IMG/VR virus record: IMGVR_UViG_3300025154_001315
Span: 1-60,321 of that record
Direction: 5' to 3' (one strand)
Source of the DNA: a virus
Taxonomy: Duplodnaviria > Caudoviricetes
DNA length: 60,321 nt
Every line of letters starts with the position of its first letter. Position 1 is the first letter of the stretch. The notes below the pieces were generated by a model. It made no database searches, was not told the DNA's origin, and saw nothing but the letters and a program-made list of their open reading frames with translations. Both the position numbers and the translations under genes were made by a program. Shown in pieces: positions 54,617-60,321 of the stretch.

Positions 54617-55119
54617 AGCACCTCCTCCAGCTTCGCCACGTCCACGCGCCCAAGGTGGATGAGCTGCTCCATCAGCCATTTGTCGCGGGGGCTGCGACTG
54701 GCGTAGGTGTCCTCCGCGTAGAGCACCGTGTTGATGCCGTTGGCCAGCACCACGTCCTTGAAGCACTGCGGGCAGGGGATGTGCGTGCAGATGAGGGCAG
54801 TGTTGATGCTGCCCATGTTGACCCCGGCCAGCAGCGCCTTGCGGGCGGCGTTGACTTCCGCGTGGATGACGAGGTCGTACTTGGTGAGGTAGAACATGTG
54901 CCCCAGCTTGTCGTCCACCTCGCCCGTGCGGTTGTTCCACAGCGACTCGTCCTCCTCCACCCCAGGCGGGAAGCCGTTGTAGCCGAGGTGAACGCTGCCC
55001 GTCGCGGCGTCGTAGATGGCCGCCCCCACCTTGGTCGAGGGGTCCTTGCTCCGGCTCTCCGCCCACAACCGGCAGATGGCCATCACCGACTCCGGCACGC
55101 CCAGCTTGCTCTTCAGCAT
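54613..55119 (-). CDS. dCMP deaminase
   Basis: SKDPSTKVGA, GYNGFP, HAEVNA, PCPQC; GGAGG RBS at the internal ATG. Confidence 0.9.
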   Translation of the reverse strand: MLKSKLGVPESVMAICRLWAESRSKDPSTKVGAAIYDAATGSVHLGYNGFPPGVEEDESLWNNRTGEVDDKLGHMFYLTKYDLVIHAEVNAARKALLAGVNMGSINTALICTHIPCPQCFKDVVLANGINTVLYAEDTYASRSPRDKWLMEQLIHLGRVDVAKLEEVL

Positions 55120-55184
55120 CACTTGCCTCCCTTCGGGTACGACGCGCGCCACGCATAGCCCCGCGCCTTCTGCTTCGCTATCAT

Positions 55185-55225
55185 CGCCTTGATCTTGCGC
55201 GGCTGGGCCGCGCAAGATCAAGGCG
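55185..55225. repeat. Perfect 19 bp inverted repeat with 3 nt loop
   Basis: CGCCTTGATCTTGCGCGGC-TGG-GCCGCGCAAGATCAAGGCG. Confidence 0.9.
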
Positions 55226-55550
55226 GCCACCGGGCGAACCTCCACCACGCGGCGCTTCAATACGCGTCCGCCGCGCAGGCGGTCGGCGTCCTTCTTCGCG
55301 TACTGTGCGTCCTCCAACGCCTCCTGCGCCACGCGCTTCTGCGTCGCGAGCTGCTGCTTCAGCAGCTTCGCCTCCTCGCGCAGCCGCACGACCTCCGCTT
55401 TCAGCCCTTCGAAGTTCATGTCGTACTTCACACCCTGCACCTTCGGGCGCGGCTTGAAGCCCTGGCAGGTTCCCCTTCCGGCACTGCCAATCGGCACCCT
55501 GTCCTCGCCGGCCGCGCTGCATCCGCCATCGCAGTCCTTGCAGTTCATTG

Positions 55551-55802
55551 TCACGCCTCCTTGAGCGCCGACAGCCGCTTGCGGTCCAGCACCTGGATGA
55601 CCCCGTAAGCCTTGCAGGGCCCCAGCACACCCTCGGCACGCTATCTGTTGATAATGGTGCTGGTAAAGCTCCGGTTGCAGCCCGCCATCTCCGCGAGCTT
55701 AGCCTGCGTCACGCGCACCACCCCGTCCTCCACCGGCACCTCCACTGCGTCCAGGGGGTAGCCCAGCTTAGTCAACATCCCAACCAGTTCGCTTAGCTTC
55801 AT
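55551..55802 (-). pseudogene. Crp/MrpC-like HTH protein interrupted by an in-frame TAG (55643-55641)
   Basis: TQAKLAEMAGCNRSFTSTIINR*RAEGVLG..IQVLDRKRL; the domain pattern continues past the stop. Confidence 0.7.
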
Positions 55803-55804
55803 GG

Positions 55805-56026
55805 CTAGAGCCACCTCACGCACTTCGGGTTCTTGCACGAAGCGGAGCTGCGACCCGTGGCGTACACCACAAAGCTCAGCGCCTTGGCCTGCCCGCAGAC
55901 GGGGCAGTTGATGGCGCCGCTGATGTTGTGCTCCCCCTTGGTGGCCTTGGTCACGGCAGCCATCGCCTTCTCCACGTCCTCGGGCTTACCGTCGTAGTCC
56001 AGGCTCTTCCTGTCGTCCATCTTCAT
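55805..56026 (-). CDS. Small Zn-ribbon protein
   Basis: GAGGAGG RBS; CPVC..C....C. Confidence 0.65.
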   Translation of the reverse strand: MKMDDRKSLDYDGKPEDVEKAMAAVTKATKGEHNISGAINCPVCGQAKALSFVVYATGRSSASCKNPKCVRWL

Positions 56027-56157
56027 GTGCTGCCTCCTCTTGCAATTCCACCCACCATATGGCAAGTGGCACTGTGCTCCAGGCTGCGTTGCTTGCCAAC
56101 CTGCAAAGCAAGCTAGCAGGCACTTGGCCCAGAACACAAGGGGGTGCGGTAGTGCGA

Positions 56158-56388
56158 TTAACGCTTGGTCTTGTGGAACTTTGGGAACTCAGCCTTCAGC
56201 CGCTTGAGCTCTTCCTTCGCGTACTTGATGGTCGTGGTGGGGGCGGTGGGCTCGGGCGGGAGACGCTTCTTTCGCTTGTAGGGAGCGCGCCCCGCCTCGT
56301 GGTGTCGCATGTTGCCGCGCATTCCCAAGTGATGGAGGAAAGACTCGCAGGTCTTGTACTCCTTGCCGCAGGAGCAGCGCCAGCTCAC
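56158..56388 (-). CDS. Small basic Zn-finger-like protein
   Basis: CSCGK..F..H. Confidence 0.6.
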   Translation of the reverse strand: MSWRCSCGKEYKTCESFLHHLGMRGNMRHHEAGRAPYKRKKRLPPEPTAPTTTIKYAKEELKRLKAEFPKFHKTKR

Positions 56389-56549
56389 GGCCCGCCCCCC
56401 ATCTTTAGCGCCGCGCCGGAGTCGGTGGCGAGGGCGGCGGCCACCCGCTCCAGCGCGGTTTCCAGCGCGGTTTCCAGCGCCTCCACCTTCTGCTCCAGTA
56501 GTCGAACGCGGGCGCGCAGCTCGCGGATCTCGTCGTGGTCGATGCTCAT
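56385..56549 (-). CDS. Small coiled-coil protein
   Basis: AAGGAG RBS; coupled. Confidence 0.6.
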   Translation of the reverse strand: MSIDHDEIRELRARVRLLEQKVEALETALETALERVAAALATDSGAALKMGGGP

Positions 56550-57067
56550 GGCGTCTCCTTAGCCGGCGCGGGGAGCAGGGTCTTGCTCCAGGCTGCCCGT
56601 GCGATCTCCTCGTGTGATTTGAGCGACCCGATCAAGTTGACGCTCTTGTGCCCGTCCGCGCGCTCCTTGTCGGTGAAACACCGGCCGTCCAACTCGGCGC
56701 GGAAGGCGGTCCAGAAGGCGTCGAACAACAGAGGGGCGTTGCTGGTCGTCGTGTAGCCAGCCGTCAGCGAGGTTGCCGGCGCGGGGAGTAGAGCGCGGGC
56801 GGCGCACAGCCAGCACTTGCTGATGCTGTCGGACTGGGCGATGTAACCAGGGTCATCGCAACGACACGCGCGGGACTCGTTTGCGTAAGCGGCTCGCAGC
56901 GCCCCCTCCAGCGCCTTCACGCGCCCGAGCGCCTCCGTCAGCGCCGGCGAGTCGGGGCAGATGAAATCGCCCTCCAGCGTCACGCCATGCCGGTGGCGTT
57001 CCAACTCGCGCTCCAGCGCCTTCACCTGCCGCGACAGGTGTGTCAACTGCTCGCACAAGAGACTCAT
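56546..57067 (-). CDS. Hypothetical protein
   Basis: GAGGAG RBS; coupled. Confidence 0.6.
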   Translation of the reverse strand: MSLLCEQLTHLSRQVKALERELERHRHGVTLEGDFICPDSPALTEALGRVKALEGALRAAYANESRACRCDDPGYIAQSDSISKCWLCAARALLPAPATSLTAGYTTTSNAPLLFDAFWTAFRAELDGRCFTDKERADGHKSVNLIGSLKSHEEIARAAWSKTLLPAPAKETP

Positions 57068-57300
57068 GGTTGCTCCTCGTACGCGGGGCGCTGCTGTCCG
57101 TACAGTTCGTAATACTCCTCACCGCTGTCTTCAAAAGCAGCGAAGCACTCCGGGTGCATGGTCCCCGGCCCGCTGTCGTAGCCCTCCGCCCAGAACCACC
57201 GCTTGTAGGACGACCCGCGCAAGATGAGCTCCCCGCAGTAGGTGCAGGTGTGCTCCTTTCGCGCGGCCTTCACCGTAGTGAATCCTAGCGTTATTCCCAT
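57064..57300 (-). CDS. Small Zn-binding protein
   Basis: ARKEHTCTYCGELI..HPEC. Confidence 0.7.
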   Translation of the reverse strand: MGITLGFTTVKAARKEHTCTYCGELILRGSSYKRWFWAEGYDSGPGTMHPECFAAFEDSGEEYYELYGQQRPAYEEQP

Positions 57301-57304
57301 GTAC

Positions 57305-57496
57305 TCACCCCTTCACTTTGGCGGGAGGGGCACAGTCTTCGGGGTCATGTCCGCGCTTCTTCTCGTGAATGTTCCCCGCGCAGTAGTCGCAGAGCGACAT
57401 GCCGCAGACACCACACTCGATGTCCTTGCCGTCGTGGCTATAGCCCGACTTGCTCGTGTCACCCCCACACTCTCCGCACTTCGGTTGCTTCTTCAT
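57305..57496 (-). CDS. Small Cys-rich protein
   Basis: Three CxxC motifs; GGAGG RBS. Confidence 0.65.
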   Translation of the reverse strand: MKKQPKCGECGGDTSKSGYSHDGKDIECGVCGMSLCDYCAGNIHEKKRGHDPEDCAPPAKVKG

Positions 57497-57507
57497 GCAC
57501 TCACCTC

Positions 57508-57771
57508 CTACCTACAGTAGAACGCCAGACTCAGCGCGTGGTCCACTACGAGCGTGTCGTTTCGCCCGACCCAGGCCCCTTCGCCGTTCTTCCCTCGTAT
57601 CCAGCCGTTCTCAACCTGGATGAACTTCCCATCCCAGGTCTTGCCCATCGTGCCGCAGAAGATGTGTATGCGTCTTCGCACTTCGTCGTCCTTGCGGCAC
57701 TCCACCAAGTACCCCACTCCAGCAGCGGCGAAGCAGAAGCAGGACATCGCCGCCAGCGTTCTCATCTTCAT
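57508..57771 (-). CDS. Small protein with a hydrophobic N-terminus
   Basis: GGAGG RBS. Confidence 0.55.
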   Translation of the reverse strand: MKMRTLAAMSCFCFAAAGVGYLVECRKDDEVRRRIHIFCGTMGKTWDGKFIQVENGWIRGKNGEGAWVGRNDTLVVDHALSLAFYCR

Positions 57772-57782
57772 GTACTCACCTC

Positions 57783-59774
57783 CTAGAACTTCGCGCTCCC
57801 CGGTCCGAAGTACCGAGACCAGTGGTCCGACAACTCCTTCACTCCTGCCCCAACCCACCGCTCCACATTCCGCACGGCGTACAGCCGGTCCAAGCCGCCG
57901 TTCAAGCGCATGGGGCCGCCGCCGTTCACCTGTCGCAGCCCCGCCTTCTTCAGCTCACGCCCCAGGCCGCAGGCCGTCACCCGCCCCGCATGCTCGGGGT
58001 CGTACGCCCTGAGTAGCTGCTTGTTCGTGTACAGGTCGCACTCCTTGGCTTGCCGCTCCCCCAGCAGGCGCAGGACGCTCACGGGGTCCTCCAGCAGCCC
58101 CGCCACCCAGGCCCCCACGTCGCTCTTGTTATCGAGGATCATGGCGCGCTTGCTACCGGTGTCCATGGCCGCGTCCATAGCCTCGAAGTCCCCAAGGTTC
58201 AAGTTGAGGAGGTGGTGGAACAGCGCCGCCGCGCCCTCTGGGGACTTGTACCACTTGTCGTAGGCAGCGTACTCCTCTCGCTTGGCCGGGGCGCCGACCA
58301 GTTCGTGGATGAAGAAGCGCCGGTCTCCGTCCTCCATGAAGAAGGCGTCCGGGTGGTTGCTGGTGAAGAGGTAGTTCACGCAGTCCGGCACGCTGTACTC
58401 AGGCAGGTACTTGATGTTGATGCTCAGCTTCTGCTGCGTGATCATGCTTTTCAGCATGTCGGCGTGGTCACGCTGGTCCGTGCCGGTGATCTCGTCCCCG
58501 AGTACGAACTGCTTGTTCTTCGCCCACCCGTTGAAGTTCCCCTTGAGGTTCTTCGGCTTCACCTCCTCGCCGTTCTCCCCGTAGATGCGGAGCATGGTGT
58601 GGCCTATCAGCGTCTTGCCGGTGCCTTGGGCCACTCCCCAGATGCACGCTGCGCTGAACAGCTTGGCTCCAGGGTGCTGGAGCGGATAGGCTAGCCATCG
58701 CTCAAACCACTGTTTTTCCTTGTGTTTCTCCTTGAAGACGAAGTCCAGCAGCCAGCGCCAGGGCTTGATGTCGCCGCGCTTGGGCTCCACGCCCCAGCCC
58801 TTCCAGTCGTTCCAGTTGTTGTTGTGGAACTGCGGCTTGCCGGGGTCGTAGGTGATGCTGTCCAGCTCGAATCGTCGTTCCCAGTCGAGCCAGGGCTGGG
58901 CAATCTTCGTCTTCACCGGCACCGGCACGCCCTTCAGCATCTTCACCATGTTGAAGTAGCGGTTGCTGTAGCTGTGATGGACGAAGTCGTTGGGGCGGAT
59001 GCGCCGCCCGTTCGCCTGGACCAGCACCACCCCCTGCTCGCGGATGTAGGCAATCTCCTTGTTCAGCTCCCACAGCGCCACCCCCTCGGCAAAGGGCACC
59101 GCTGACGTCAGCACCGCCGCCACGTCGCCCCCCGCCACCAAGAAGTCGTCGAGGCCCTGCTTCTTACCGTCGGGGGTGGGCGGAAGGGATGCCACCTTGA
59201 CCGTCGCGCCCCTGGCAGTGAGCTCCCGCGCCAGCCTGACCTGCGCACTCACCACGCTGGGGTTGGTGGCCGCGTCGCTGTCGAAGACAATCGTCGTGTC
59301 CCGGCTTCTCCAGTCCACGGCCTCGAGCTGGGGGAGCAGGGACATACCCCGCTTGCCGCTGCGCCACACGTCCACGCCTCCCAGCCCGATGCAGTTGAAC
59401 CCAGCGGCGCAGGCGGCAGCGGCCTTGAGCTCCCCTTCCGTTATGAGTACCGCGTTCCCGTCCACTTCCTTGAACACGGCAGCCCAGGGCTTGGGGAGCA
59501 GCGGGGGGAGGTAGACCTCGTTCAGCGAGCCCTTGGGCTGGGCGTACCGCTGGGGCTTTTCCATCGCGAAGCCGCCTGGAGCGTCCCCCAGGAACCTAAC
59601 CCTGTAGAAGCTAGACTGCTGCCCCGTAGGAGTGAAGTATGGGAGCAGCAGCCCGGTGCGGAGGGCGCCCACCTTAGCGGCCGTCTCCATCGGGCTCAGC
59701 TCCTTGTAGCCCAGATGCTTGGCCTGTTGGTCTGTGATGCCTGAGGACTTCCACTTATCACTTGCGAGTGACAC
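57783..59774 (-). CDS. Primase-helicase (DUF3854/Toprim-like plus SF3 D5-like ATPase)
   Basis: ITEGELKA, FDSD, GLDDF; GTGKT, GDE, FTSN, DRR. Confidence 0.9.
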   Translation of the reverse strand: MSLASDKWKSSGITDQQAKHLGYKELSPMETAAKVGALRTGLLLPYFTPTGQQSSFYRVRFLGDAPGGFAMEKPQRYAQPKGSLNEVYLPPLLPKPWAAVFKEVDGNAVLITEGELKAAAACAAGFNCIGLGGVDVWRSGKRGMSLLPQLEAVDWRSRDTTIVFDSDAATNPSVVSAQVRLARELTARGATVKVASLPPTPDGKKQGLDDFLVAGGDVAAVLTSAVPFAEGVALWELNKEIAYIREQGVVLVQANGRRIRPNDFVHHSYSNRYFNMVKMLKGVPVPVKTKIAQPWLDWERRFELDSITYDPGKPQFHNNNWNDWKGWGVEPKRGDIKPWRWLLDFVFKEKHKEKQWFERWLAYPLQHPGAKLFSAACIWGVAQGTGKTLIGHTMLRIYGENGEEVKPKNLKGNFNGWAKNKQFVLGDEITGTDQRDHADMLKSMITQQKLSINIKYLPEYSVPDCVNYLFTSNHPDAFFMEDGDRRFFIHELVGAPAKREEYAAYDKWYKSPEGAAALFHHLLNLNLGDFEAMDAAMDTGSKRAMILDNKSDVGAWVAGLLEDPVSVLRLLGERQAKECDLYTNKQLLRAYDPEHAGRVTACGLGRELKKAGLRQVNGGGPMRLNGGLDRLYAVRNVERWVGAGVKELSDHWSRYFGPGSAKF

Positions 59775-60072
59775 GCTTGCCCTCTTCTTTCCAACGCCGG
59801 AGGTCTTCGTCGCTTGGATCGATATCTGTCATGCCGTAGTAGTGCTCGAAGAAGTTCAGCTTCTCAGCTCTCAGGCAGTCCCACATTGAAAACTGACTCC
59901 CGACGGTAGTTGCCACACACGTTCCAGCCCCGGACCACGACCACGCGCCGCTGCACCGCTGCCAGTAGCCAGTATAGAGGCGCGTCAGATAAGAGCCCTC
60001 TGGCAGCGCCAGCCCATCTTGCCGCAGTCGTGCCAAGAGCAAGTCAGCTATCTTGGGCTTGTCCCTTCGCAT
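59758..60072 (-). CDS. Hypothetical protein
   Basis: GAGGAGG RBS. Confidence 0.6.
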   Translation of the reverse strand: MRRDKPKIADLLLARLRQDGLALPEGSYLTRLYTGYWQRCSGAWSWSGAGTCVATTVGSQFSMWDCLRAEKLNFFEHYYGMTDIDPSDEDLRRWKEEGKRVTRK

Positions 60073-60083
60073 CACACCCTCCT

Positions 60084-60321
60084 CTACATCCTGAACTCGT
60101 CGGCCTCTGCGCGCGTCATGAAGAAGTGAATGCCTTGGGCGCACTCCACGCGGATGTCGTCGCTGTAGCCGTCGGGCTCAGCCACCTCGCCCACGCGGTA
60201 GGTGCAAGTGGGCGCGTACTGGGAGGTGAACTCCTTGGCCTCCGTGCCGAGGGCTTCCAGCACCTTCACCCTGCTCGCCCTGCACTTGCGTCCGACGAGG
60301 CTGCTGGTCCGCCTGGCATCG
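60084..60321 (-). CDS. 3' part of the pentapeptide-repeat/DUF5758-like gene (joins 794..7)
   Basis: YRVGEVAEPDGYSDDIRVECAQGIHFFMTRAEA. Confidence 0.85.
   Translation of the reverse strand, partial: DARRTSSLVGRKCRASRVKVLEALGTEAKEFTSQYAPTCTYRVGEVAEPDGYSDDIRVECAQGIHFFMTRAEADEFRM

Noticed and set aside
54613-55554. 313 aa fused dCMP deaminase
   Set aside because: A strong RBS and ATG at 55119 give a complete deaminase; the upstream continuity is probably incidental
55641-55643. Genome-wide TAG recoding
   Set aside because: TAG is the normal stop of many clear genes (portal, scaffold, capsid), and no CUA-anticodon tRNA was found
60196-60321. Biological direct terminal repeat
   Set aside because: It lies mid-gene and its length is typical of an assembler k-mer overlap; it indicates circularity only

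Overview
This window looks like a complete, circularly permuted ~60.2 kb high-GC tailed phage genome. Bases 7-132 equal 60196-60321, and one pentapeptide-repeat gene reads across that join. The plus strand carries small early genes (2.4-6.2 kb), a repeat-punctuated accessory array (6.4-8.2 kb), and a podovirus-like virion and lysis operon (terminase, portal, scaffold, capsid, adaptor, nozzle-like protein, large ejection-like proteins, M23 endolysin; 8.2-36.4 kb). The minus strand carries replication genes (SNF2 helicase, VRR-NUC, Cas4-like nuclease, PolA, SSB-like protein, primase-helicase) and a thymine-modification cluster (dCMP deaminase, dUMP-hydroxymethylase-like TS, HD hydrolase, DUF3310, aGPT-Pplase1/HMUDK-helical protein, TAGT/JGT-like glycosyltransferase, FkbM methyltransferase, nucleotidyltransferase). 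No integrase was seen. A MrpC-like HTH gene suggests a myxobacterial host (inference from memory). The main finding is a set of TC/GA dinucleotide patterns. (1) A ~1.2 kb two-gene cassette (5068-6283) contains no TC and only two GA, both in Asp codons. (2) It abuts a 540 bp non-coding block saturated with TC/GA (~17 GATC). (3) Five promoters have one TC just after the -35 box, followed by ~46 TC/GA-free bases. (4) The cassette protein is an almost acidic-residue-free paralog of a normally coded gene at 40 kb. My inference is a TC-specific, possibly base-J-like, thymine hypermodification with a modification-free 'boot' cassette. All family assignments are motif recognition by eye, not database searches.
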